From: an uncultured Ignavibacteriales bacterium
Lineage (GTDB): Bacteria; Zixibacteria; MSB-5A5; GN15; FEB-12
Assembly (NCBI GenBank): GCA_964416195.1
Contig: CAYQDB010000001.1
Span: forward strand, 26,875 to 90,874
DNA length: 64,000 bases
Direction: 5' to 3'
Shown here: one piece after another, positions 18,499 to 26,645 of the stretch
How positions within the stretch are numbered: the first letter of the stretch is position 1
Layout of the letters: each line of letters opens with the position of its first letter
Translations under genes and position numbers: made by a program
The notes under the pieces: generated by a model
The model's database searches: none
Told to the model about the DNA's origin: nothing
Seen by the model: the letters and a program-made list of their open reading frames with translations, nothing else

Positions 18499-20016
18499 AT
18501 GGGTGCCAGTTTAGGCAGGATAACAGCTCGTCTGGTGCAGCCGGCAGACGAGGTATTCTCACCAGATTTGGTGGAGTTGATAAACAAGAATATCAACCCG
18601 CCAACGGCCGTGACTAAATCGGATGTCTATATCGGGGCGATGTATGTCGTCTCAGATGAGGTAAACAGCTTCGGAGGAAGATTCCCGGTTGAGGAGCATA
18701 AACATCTGGCCAGTCTGCTTGTCGATTCGCCGGTCATGGCGGGACACCGCAAAGACAGGCTCCCTATAGGGAGGAACTTCCACGCCATCGTGGTTGAGCG
18801 GGATGGAAAGAGCTGGGTAAAAAGCTATTTCTACTGGTTGAAAAGCACCGAAGGAGCCGAGGCGCTGAGGAAGAACATCGATGGCGGTATCTACAAAGAA
18901 TGCTCCATCGGTTTTACATTCCTATTTCCGGAGTGCTCTATCTGCAAAAAAGACATCCGCACTTGCCCCCACGAACCCCTCCAGAGCTACTCGGCGAGTG
19001 GCGATCACGACAGCGTCATCTGCCACTTCAATTACCGTAAGATCGAGCGGGTTTTGGAAACCTCACTGGTCTACCGCGGGTCAGTGCCGGACACGTCAGT
19101 TTCAAGGGAACTAGCAGTTGTCGGTGGCAGAGAAGCAGATGGATACACCGCTCGTCCTGACCGGGTGACACTCATCAACAGCCTTTCGGAACTTGAACCT
19201 AAAGAAGAGTACCTGCTGGTTCCATTCTACGAGTCACTTCCGGTAATGGTTACTCTCAAAAAAGGCACATTGCGCCTGCGTCGACCTAACGGCGAACCGA
19301 TCGGCAGCGAAATATGCTCGGGCTTTCCAATCAGACGCCCGCTTGAAATGGATCGGGCCTACGGGCACCTGGTAGCCTACCGCGGCCGCGAACGCTGTTC
19401 ACTAGAGCAGTTGGAACGGTACCTGACGGGGCGCCCAAGTCCAGTCACGCGGTTGGAGATAAAACTGTTTCCACCTACCGGTCTGGCCGTGGCAAAAGGG
19501 AGTGACGACACTGCACCCAACAGGATCCAACTTATCCGGCACAGCATTACGAGAGTAAGCAATCTCGATAACTCTGCCCGCTCGATCATGACCCGTGACG
19601 GAGTGCGGCTCTGGCCACTGGGCAGCAACCCGTTGCAGTTTGCCGGTTACCAGTACCGCCCATCTAAACAGGATGCAGTCAAAGATGGAAGTTATACACT
19701 GACCTGTAACAGTAGCAGTCCCTTCGCTACTCTTGCGCTCGCGGACTCAGGCCGCATCGAGATGTTTCGGATAAGTCAATTCAACCTGGCCAGACTGCTC
19801 AGAGGGGGGAGGTTTATTGCAGATAAGGCGGAGGTTCGATCAGTTAAGGCGCCGCCGGGTGACAGGAGGACTACCCAGGGACAGATAGTATCGCTGGTCA
19901 ATCGCGATGAAGGAATTGCCGCGGATTTGACGGGACCTTTGTCGGGCAGGTTTATTTTGAGACCGGCGAGGCTTGACGGGCAGAGACGATACTTATTTTA
20001 CAGGATTGCTTCCTAA
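18499..20016 (+). CDS. HK97-type prohead protease fused to degenerate ATP-dependent ligase-like and LigD phosphoesterase-like domains
   Basis: PVMAGH, IYKECSIGF, CSIC...CPH and ETSLVYRGS (protease); C-terminal half carries degenerate ligase motifs in order; GGAGG RBS before ATG 18499. Confidence 0.7.
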   Translation: MGASLGRITARLVQPADEVFSPDLVELINKNINPPTAVTKSDVYIGAMYVVSDEVNSFGGRFPVEEHKHLASLLVDSPVMAGHRKDRLPIGRNFHAIVVERDGKSWVKSYFYWLKSTEGAEALRKNIDGGIYKECSIGFTFLFPECSICKKDIRTCPHEPLQSYSASGDHDSVICHFNYRKIERVLETSLVYRGSVPDTSVSRELAVVGGREADGYTARPDRVTLINSLSELEPKEEYLLVPFYESLPVMVTLKKGTLRLRRPNGEPIGSEICSGFPIRRPLEMDRAYGHLVAYRGRERCSLEQLERYLTGRPSPVTRLEIKLFPPTGLAVAKGSDDTAPNRIQLIRHSITRVSNLDNSARSIMTRDGVRLWPLGSNPLQFAGYQYRPSKQDAVKDGSYTLTCNSSSPFATLALADSGRIEMFRISQFNLARLLRGGRFIADKAEVRSVKAPPGDRRTTQGQIVSLVNRDEGIAADLTGPLSGRFILRPARLDGQRRYLFYRIAS

Positions 20017-20322
20017 CGGATATCGACCGGGCTCAAGATACTGTTGGGGCCACCCTCGAGGTGCAACTTCACCAGCCCTACCGTCAGAGAGTAATACTCC
20101 CTGCTCTGAACAATCAGGGGTAGTAACGGTAATGCCGTATGCGGAGCCAACAGAAACAATCGTGTTTGTCTGGAGGTAGTTAAGGGTGCGGTTGTTTGCA
20201 AACCCGAGCAGGCTGGAGCCGTCGAGATGTTCAAGCGGGTAGACTATTACGTCATCTTCACCGCAACCGAGCAGAGAACATCCAGCTAAACCCCAATTGT
20301 GAAAGCTGGAAAACCTAGACAC
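19993..20322 (-). CDS. Hypothetical small lipoprotein-like protein (possibly truncated)
   Basis: Perfect AAGGAGGT RBS before GTG; LLGC-GEDD lipobox-like motif. Confidence 0.45.
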   Translation of the reverse strand: MSRFSSFHNWGLAGCSLLGCGEDDVIVYPLEHLDGSSLLGFANNRTLNYLQTNTIVSVGSAYGITVTTPDCSEQGVLLSDGRAGEVAPRGWPQQYLEPGRYPLGSNPVK

Positions 20323-20383
20323 AGTACCTCCTTCCCTAAATAGAATGAAGCCCTAAGCATTTCAAAAAACTTGGGAGGACACG

Positions 20384-20695
20384 ATGTATAGTATTCATGG
20401 TGAGCGAGGGATTCAGTTGACCGGACAACTAATCAATCTGCTAACGATCGTCGTTGGAATCGCAGCGGCCTACTTCCTTACTATTCAGTCACTGAAAACT
20501 GAGCTGGAGACCAAGGCGGAAGGCGCCGTGGTGGAAGTGCTTGACAAGAAACTTGCCGGTTTTGAGGTGATCCTGAAGGAGGGAGTCGTTGGTAGAGAGC
20601 AGTTCTTTCGCTTCTCAAAGGATATCGAAGCGCGATTGACGCGAATTGAACAGTATCTAAAAGATCAATCGGGGGAGCACATTGGAAGACCATAA
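20384..20695 (+). CDS. Single-TM coiled-coil protein (holin/XhlA-like accessory)
   Basis: GGGAGG RBS; one TM helix LINLLTIVVGIAAAYFL then a heptad-rich tail. Confidence 0.55.
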   Translation: MYSIHGERGIQLTGQLINLLTIVVGIAAAYFLTIQSLKTELETKAEGAVVEVLDKKLAGFEVILKEGVVGREQFFRFSKDIEARLTRIEQYLKDQSGEHIGRP

Positions 20696-21095
20696 CAAAC
20701 AGAACGCGCATGTCAATGAATTGGCTGATTCGTTGACCGATGACAAAATGTCTCTCATAGATTTCGATCGGCTAAAACAGTACCTGGCAGAAACGGCAAA
20801 GACTCATAATGAACTCCGGGAAGTACGGAGTGATCTCGGCGTTTTGCGCTGTGACTATATCAACCGTATCGGAGGGATGGTCAAGGCGATAGCGGCGGTG
20901 AATCGTCATCCCGACGGATGGGAAACCGCCCTGACGTACTTGGAGAACCTGCCGTCCTTGAGCGCCGGCGAGCTTGTTGAGCAATATCGGAAAACGGCAG
21001 CTCGCTTCCGCGATGCCTTTCCTACTAGCTTTGGATTAGCACCGAATAGGAAACGGGGCAACGACGGGTTTAAGGACCTAAGAGTTTACAAGTAG
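20682..21095 (+). CDS. Putative capsid scaffolding protein
   Basis: Helical coiled coil directly before decoration and MCP genes; GGGGAG RBS before TTG. Confidence 0.5.
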   Translation: MEDHNKQNAHVNELADSLTDDKMSLIDFDRLKQYLAETAKTHNELREVRSDLGVLRCDYINRIGGMVKAIAAVNRHPDGWETALTYLENLPSLSAGELVEQYRKTAARFRDAFPTSFGLAPNRKRGNDGFKDLRVYK

Positions 21096-21244
21096 ACCTA
21101 TAGACTTAGAGGGATCTTACATCCCGATCAGGGGGATACACTCCCGGTCACACTATTGAACGGGGCAGATGAGGACTCGCCTCTGGCGAGCCGCCCACAA
21201 GATCCGCCTCTGGCGGACCGTGCATGAAATGTAAAGGAGATGCT

Positions 21245-21664
21245 ATGACAGTAAGAGACCAAAACCTTGAAGCCATTGCACCTGTGCTGGCTACGTTTAA
21301 GATCAAGCAGACCGGCGGCGTCGATGACCTGAAAGATGCCAATATCGGTGAGCCAGTGACCCTAACCGGGAATAACGAGGTCGGTCCAATTGGCAGCGGA
21401 GATCAGTTGCTGGGCAAGCTGATCGCCCTCACGTTGACCGACAACGATGATGGCGATCGCCTGGCGACCGTTCAGGTTGGCGGCATTTGTCGTCTTCCTA
21501 TCTCCTCAACCTACCCGCAGGTAGGTAACCGTGTTGTCGGCGGAAGTTCCGCCACCGTGAAGCAGGCGCCTACCGTGGCATCGGACCCGGCAGGGGGCAA
21601 CATTGCCAGGGGGACGGTGCTTGAGGTCAACGGAACCACTGACTGTGTGATTCTGCTCAATTAG
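21245..21664 (+). CDS. Head decoration (cement) protein, DUF2190-like
   Basis: ~140 aa, Gly-rich beta protein (GEPVTLTGNNEV, ATVQVGGICRLP) immediately upstream of MCP; AAAGGAG RBS. Confidence 0.7.
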   Translation: MTVRDQNLEAIAPVLATFKIKQTGGVDDLKDANIGEPVTLTGNNEVGPIGSGDQLLGKLIALTLTDNDDGDRLATVQVGGICRLPISSTYPQVGNRVVGGSSATVKQAPTVASDPAGGNIARGTVLEVNGTTDCVILLN

Positions 21665-21676
21665 AAAGGAACAACC

Positions 21677-22780
21677 ATGGACTTTAACAAATTCCTGCAA
21701 TCGGCGGTCTATGCCGGTATGAAGCACGGGCTTGATTCGGACAACATGACCGGCCCGGTCGATTTGGGCCGCGCCGCCGCAATCGAAGTAAACAAGGACC
21801 TCTACCTCGAAGCTGAAGCGCGGGGTCTGTCTCTGTCCGAGCTGCTGGAGCTCGACGAATTCGATCCCACGCCGCCTGGCTGTCCACTTGACGCTTTCGA
21901 ACGCCAGCTTGCCCTGGCAGGGATACGACTGAGCGGCAAGTCGCCTATGACGGTTGAGCAACTCTACCAGCAAGCCCCTACCCTGTTGCCGGAGTTCATG
22001 CTCCGTGAGATCAAGCGAGGACAGGCGATGCGTCCGGAACTCGGCCGCCTGGTAGCCAACACCACCAGCGTCGCCAGCAACAGCTACACGCCTTTCTTCA
22101 TCAATACCGCCGACGACACCAAGTTCTCTATGCGGCCGATCGGCGAGGGGGCTGATATTCCCCAGCTTGTGGTTACCGAACAGACGCACGCGGTCAGTGT
22201 GGCTGACTATGGCCTGGCCCTGAAGACCAGCTACAAGGCTCTTCGCTACCGGACCACTTCCCAGTTCCGAGTGCTGTTGTGGTATATCGGGTTTAAGATC
22301 CAGACTGACAAGATAGGGATGCTGGTCGGCACCATCATCAACGGAGACGGCAATGACAACGCCGCTACGGTGATCAACACTGCCGCCAGCGGAACTCTTA
22401 CCTACGACGATCTAATCAGCCTCTGGTCACAGTTCAGCCCCTTTGAGATGAACACTATCATCTGCCATGTCAACCAGATGAAGGAGATCCTGACTCTGGA
22501 TGAGTTCAAGGACCCGATGGCCGGCTACCGCTTCCAGCAGACGGGCGATCTGTTCAGCCCCTTGGGAGCAACCTTAGTGCGCTCCGACGAGATAGCCACC
22601 GATCTGGTGCTGGGACTGGACAAGCGGTTTGGTGTTGAAGAAGTCATTACCCAGCCGTTGATGGTCGAGTATGACAAGGTCATCGAGCAACGATTCGAAG
22701 AGGCAGTCATCTCGGAATCTGTCACATACGCCAAGGTAATTAAGGAAGCCTCGGTCGTTCTCGACACAGTATGGAGTTAG
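21677..22780 (+). CDS. HK97-fold major capsid protein
   Basis: 367 aa; LLPEF, PIGEGADIP, YGLALKTSYKAL, IINGDGND and VEYDKVIEQ segments typical of HK97-fold MCPs; AAAGGA RBS. Confidence 0.85.
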   Translation: MDFNKFLQSAVYAGMKHGLDSDNMTGPVDLGRAAAIEVNKDLYLEAEARGLSLSELLELDEFDPTPPGCPLDAFERQLALAGIRLSGKSPMTVEQLYQQAPTLLPEFMLREIKRGQAMRPELGRLVANTTSVASNSYTPFFINTADDTKFSMRPIGEGADIPQLVVTEQTHAVSVADYGLALKTSYKALRYRTTSQFRVLLWYIGFKIQTDKIGMLVGTIINGDGNDNAATVINTAASGTLTYDDLISLWSQFSPFEMNTIICHVNQMKEILTLDEFKDPMAGYRFQQTGDLFSPLGATLVRSDEIATDLVLGLDKRFGVEEVITQPLMVEYDKVIEQRFEEAVISESVTYAKVIKEASVVLDTVWS

Positions 22781-22787
22781 TTCTTGT

Positions 22788-22812
22788 GGGGACTCGGGTG
22801 GTCCGAGTCCCC
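22788..22812 (+). terminator. Strong hairpin right after the MCP gene (terminator or stabiliser)
   Basis: GGGGACTCGG-GTGGT-CCGAGTCCCC, 10-bp perfect stem. Confidence 0.7.
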
Positions 22813-22831
22813 CTTAACTTACAGAGGAACG

Positions 22832-24244
22832 ATGCAGAAGAAAATAACTGAGACAACCGGAAGCTACGGTCTTGGGATGCCGCCGGGACGCAAACTCCTG
22901 AGGGTATCTTCCGGTCAGTACGCCGGGCGGCTGGTGGCTATCATGCAAACGTCCTCCGGCGAGATCAAGTACTCCTATGCCGATCGGCCGTACACATCCT
23001 GGTCATCTCTGACTGTAATCGCTACCGCCGCCGCCGATCAGCCGTGCGACTGCGTGATGGACAATGATGGCCATATTCATGTAGTTTATTCTGAGAATTC
23101 CACCGAGTACCTTGTTACCAGGAAACTGACCTTCTCCGGCGGGACCTGGTCAGTGGGGTCCAAAGTGACCGTATACAATGGCTATCCGTCGCGGTATCCC
23201 TCCCTTGCTATCGAGACAGGGGGTAAGCTCTGGGTGAGTTGGACCCGGATCGACGGCGGCGTCCGCTACGCGCATGCCAAGTCATCTACGGATGGCGGGG
23301 CCACCTGGGGCAGCGGGCCATCGGACTCCGGCGACGCTCTGACCGCGGGAGCGTCATCGGCCTACTCCAAAGTCCTCGTTGGACCTAACGATATACACGT
23401 TGTCTACACCAACGGCGGATTGAACCTTTCTATCCGTTCCCAACCGATTGCGGGAGGAAACTGGACAGGTGAGTATAATATAGCCACCGGCACTACATTC
23501 GATCAGCATTTTGACGCTGCCATCTCGTCTGACGGTTCGTTGGGGGTGGTGTTCGACCACGGTCAGTTGAAGTACCGCGAACACAATGGTGTCAGTTGGG
23601 GTTCGGTTGTTACCCTGGACAGCGATGGAGGAGACTTCCCACAGCTACTATTCAGCGATGGCGTGCCCGCTATTGTTTACCTCTCTTCCCTGGCTTCAGA
23701 TCAGGTCCTGGTGAAATGTACAACTCGCGCTACCGGGAGCTTTTCCTCGCCCGCTGTTCTGGACGAGCGTGCCAAGCAGTTCGATTCGGTAACGCTATAC
23801 GACGCCTCCGCCGCCAGCTATGCCGACCTGACCAACGCCGCCGGAAGCAGCAGCACCGCAGATATATATCATCCCAACTCCAGCGTTCTTATCAAGGACA
23901 GCGGCGACATTATCTATCTGGGCATGGACCAGCGCTTCCGCTACGTAAAGTTTCTTCTCTCGACGGCCGGCAGCGGCGGCACGGTTGTTTACAGTTACTG
24001 GGACGGATCCAACTGGAAGGCTTTCACACCTACCGGCGGTTCTTTTAACCTGGACTCAACGGACAAAAACCTGTTGCTGTGGGATGATTACGTGAGTATG
24101 CCCGGCGACTGGCAAAAGAAGCTGGTGAACGGCCAGACAAGGTTCTGGCTGAAAATCGAGGTCGACTCGGCCTTTACCACGGGACCCATCGGAAGTCAGA
24201 TTACGGCTGCATCCGACCTGCAGGCGTTCATTGTAAGGAGGTAG
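22832..24244 (+). CDS. BNR/Asp-box beta-propeller protein, putative virion structural protein
   Basis: Asp-box AKSSTDGGATW, repeated Trp/Gly blades, C-terminal YWDGSNW / FWLKIEV domain; no signal peptide. Confidence 0.6.
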   Translation: MQKKITETTGSYGLGMPPGRKLLRVSSGQYAGRLVAIMQTSSGEIKYSYADRPYTSWSSLTVIATAAADQPCDCVMDNDGHIHVVYSENSTEYLVTRKLTFSGGTWSVGSKVTVYNGYPSRYPSLAIETGGKLWVSWTRIDGGVRYAHAKSSTDGGATWGSGPSDSGDALTAGASSAYSKVLVGPNDIHVVYTNGGLNLSIRSQPIAGGNWTGEYNIATGTTFDQHFDAAISSDGSLGVVFDHGQLKYREHNGVSWGSVVTLDSDGGDFPQLLFSDGVPAIVYLSSLASDQVLVKCTTRATGSFSSPAVLDERAKQFDSVTLYDASAASYADLTNAAGSSSTADIYHPNSSVLIKDSGDIIYLGMDQRFRYVKFLLSTAGSGGTVVYSYWDGSNWKAFTPTGGSFNLDSTDKNLLLWDDYVSMPGDWQKKLVNGQTRFWLKIEVDSAFTTGPIGSQITAASDLQAFIVRR

Positions 24245-24247
24245 AGC

Positions 24248-25057
24248 GTGTCGTACACGAACGTTGAACTGGTCAGGCACCATCTGGTCGCAACCTTCCC
24301 GACCCAGGAGAAGGTTTATGATCAACCGGTGATTCCTGAGAGTGATTATGTCACATTTTTCAACGGGCCGGTTGAGTCTTCGTCGGTTACAGTCAAATCC
24401 ATTCACAGTAACACGCCGACACGGGCGACGATCACTCTCGACAATGAAAAAACCTCACTGGCTTCTTTGCCGCTGGTGCGCGGATCGGTAGTGGTGGCAT
24501 CCGACAGCTCTCTGGGGACTGTGTATGCTGAGAATGTCGATTATATAATCGACTATGTTCTGGGAGACCTGACAATCAAAGAGGGTGGCGGATTGACAAC
24601 AGGTCAAAGCGTTACCGTTTGGTATCAGAGCTACTTTGTATACACCCTCGGGAACGACTACCAGCTCGACGGCAATCGTGGTCGCCTCAAGAGGCTCTCC
24701 GGTGGAGAGATCGCCTCGGGTGAGACAGTGTACCTTGACTACGCGCCGGTCTACCAGAGCTTCAACGAGGAGATTCTCGCTAAAGCGGTGCTGGAGGCCA
24801 ATGGACTGATCGAAAGTGCAGTGGACCCGGACGGCCAATTCGGCGCCGACCCGGTGCTTCAGGCGTGTGCCACCTACCGAGCCTTAGAGATTATCTGCCG
24901 CGCCTCGGCAGCCCGAGAACTTTCCAGTCTGCGAGGAGAAGATCGCACCGCTCTGGCCTGGATAAAGCTGGCCGAGACTTACGCCGAGCGATCGGAGCAA
25001 CTGCTGAGTTCATTCCGCCCGCCGTTCGATGGTCCCACACCGCCGGTGCACAGTTAA
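24248..25057 (+). CDS. Head-tail adaptor-like protein with inserted beta-domains
   Basis: N-terminal YTNVELVR and C-terminal helical AVLEANGLIES...LQACATYRALEI resemble gp6/gp36-type adaptors; two internal YxxxxDY repeats. Confidence 0.5.
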   Translation: MSYTNVELVRHHLVATFPTQEKVYDQPVIPESDYVTFFNGPVESSSVTVKSIHSNTPTRATITLDNEKTSLASLPLVRGSVVVASDSSLGTVYAENVDYIIDYVLGDLTIKEGGGLTTGQSVTVWYQSYFVYTLGNDYQLDGNRGRLKRLSGGEIASGETVYLDYAPVYQSFNEEILAKAVLEANGLIESAVDPDGQFGADPVLQACATYRALEIICRASAARELSSLRGEDRTALAWIKLAETYAERSEQLLSSFRPPFDGPTPPVHS

Positions 25058-25067
25058 AGGAGGACAA

Positions 25068-25442
25068 ATGACTACAGGATTTGAAAGAGTGACGGCTCGC
25101 AGGGCCTGGTTTGTACCCGGTTTCGTCGTCTGGGGGCTTCCTGTTTGGGAGGAGATCGAATTCCTGACCATAGAGAAGGTCGCATCCGACAAGACAGTAC
25201 TGTATGGCTCTCAAGATATTGGTGGCACGGCGCAGGAGGTAACCTTCAGCGACTTAACCGATCATCGGGGAAACCAGTTGCCATCAATTATCGCATCGCC
25301 GCGGGTTATCATTCGTGGTCGAGGCAGAGACTCGGCTTTTATCGTCAGTGAAGAATCCGAAATGAAATTCAAGATTGCCCGCGACCCGGAAGCCGCAGGA
25401 CCAGTAACGGCCGACCTTCTGGTTGTTGAGTTGGGTAGCTAA
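25068..25442 (+). CDS. Hypothetical beta-rich protein (possible fibre-tip/lectin-like domain)
   Basis: AAAGGAGG RBS; 124 aa; VTF...SPRVII...FKI...DLLVVE pattern. Confidence 0.55.
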   Translation: MTTGFERVTARRAWFVPGFVVWGLPVWEEIEFLTIEKVASDKTVLYGSQDIGGTAQEVTFSDLTDHRGNQLPSIIASPRVIIRGRGRDSAFIVSEESEMKFKIARDPEAAGPVTADLLVVELGS

Positions 25443-25443
25443 G

Positions 25444-25740
25444 ATGCCTCGCGCCGGACGGAACTCGGCCAAGTTCCCAGATGATCTGTCAATGCTTGAT
25501 GATCTGATCAGGCGTTACTATCGGGAACTCCTAAGAAGCGTTGAGGAACATGTCAAACTGGGAGATTTTATCAAGATGATCGAATTGAGACGCAAGCTGG
25601 CTCCCAGCGACTCCGAACAGAAGCGGTTCTGGAGAATGCTGGAGAGAATACGTCAAGAAGCACTGCGACAAGACGACGTAAAACCACCCACGCACAAAAA
25701 ACGGGTCTCAAAAAAGCGGCAGACCAGGGAGCCTAAATGA
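25444..25740 (+). CDS. Small helical basic protein, candidate terminase small subunit
   Basis: 98 aa, helical core KLGDFIKMIELRRKL and basic tail KKRVSKKRQ; coupled to neighbours. Confidence 0.4.
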   Translation: MPRAGRNSAKFPDDLSMLDDLIRRYYRELLRSVEEHVKLGDFIKMIELRRKLAPSDSEQKRFWRMLERIRQEALRQDDVKPPTHKKRVSKKRQTREPK

Positions 25741-26507
25741 AAGGAAGGACAATCTGCGCGATCATCATAGCGCTTGTCACACCTGTGTGCAGTATCCCGG
25801 CTGCGGTAGACACGCTGAAAGGGACATCGGATATTGAGGACTGCACTATCTACTCGTGGGCTAACTGCAATTCCGAAATCACGGGTGAAGACTGCCGTCG
25901 GTACAATTCGGGTTCGATTACGAGTCTGCAAGTGGGTGTCTCAGGTGTAAGCACCGAGCGGCGAACATTGCTCAGCCTTCCCGGTTGGGATAGAACCATG
26001 CCAGATTCTTCGAAGTTGTTGCTATACTGCAAGGGTGAGGCCGACGGAGTCGATCGCAAAATTTTCCTCTATCCGGTGACTACGCAGTTTTACGAGGGGA
26101 CGGAGCTGTCGTACAACCTCGGCGATTACCCCGACCCAGACAGTGGAGCCACCTGGAACCATGCCTGGCTCGATGTAGGTGATGGAGATTCTTCCGTTTG
26201 GTCTTCTGCGGGAGGTGACTACACCACTGCCATAGCTTGTACCGTTACAGTAACTGACACCGGTCAGTACTTCGCTTTTGGCGATTTCAACAGGATCCTC
26301 AATTACTGGGATACTTCCGGTAGTGCCTACGGTCTGATTTTGATAAACGAAAATGCTTTCCCAGGCAATACCACCATGAAAACCTTCAACGCCACCGAGG
26401 GCGACAGCGCCAGTGGTCCGTTGGTGATTCTATACTACGGTGGTGCTGCGGTTTCATGGCGGCTTCGTATGATAAAATCTCTTGGGAAGAACCAGCGTGG
26501 TGTTTAA
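25737..26507 (+). CDS. Secreted DNRLRE-domain protein
   Basis: Signal peptide; EDCTIY, ERRTLLSL, ATWNHAW, WSSAGGDY and GPLVILYY motifs. Confidence 0.7.
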   Translation: MKGRTICAIIIALVTPVCSIPAAVDTLKGTSDIEDCTIYSWANCNSEITGEDCRRYNSGSITSLQVGVSGVSTERRTLLSLPGWDRTMPDSSKLLLYCKGEADGVDRKIFLYPVTTQFYEGTELSYNLGDYPDPDSGATWNHAWLDVGDGDSSVWSSAGGDYTTAIACTVTVTDTGQYFAFGDFNRILNYWDTSGSAYGLILINENAFPGNTTMKTFNATEGDSASGPLVILYYGGAAVSWRLRMIKSLGKNQRGV

Positions 26508-26546
26508 TGATATTCATTTTGTGCAAGGTAAGCGATCATTGTTCAA

Positions 26547-26570
26547 GTCACCCTGAGCGGAGTCGAAGGG
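26547..26570. repeat. REP-like half-element GTCACCCTGAGCGGAGTCGAAGGG
   Basis: A degenerate complementary half (CCCTTCGAAGCTCAGGAT) lies at about 17787-17804. Confidence 0.6.
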
Positions 26571-26645
26571 TGATGAAAACAGTCAAAACTCAACCTACAG
26601 ATTAGTCAAAGCAATGGCTATAAGCAAAGGAGGATGTAACAAGAA

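Noticed and set aside
19150-20016. Active DNA ligase / LigD
   Set aside because: The adenylated Lys of KxDG and the PE metal ligands are absent
21677-22780. Encapsulin nanocompartment shell
   Set aside because: Adjacent portal, terminase and prohead protease indicate a DNA-packaging head; no encapsulin cargo enzyme is present
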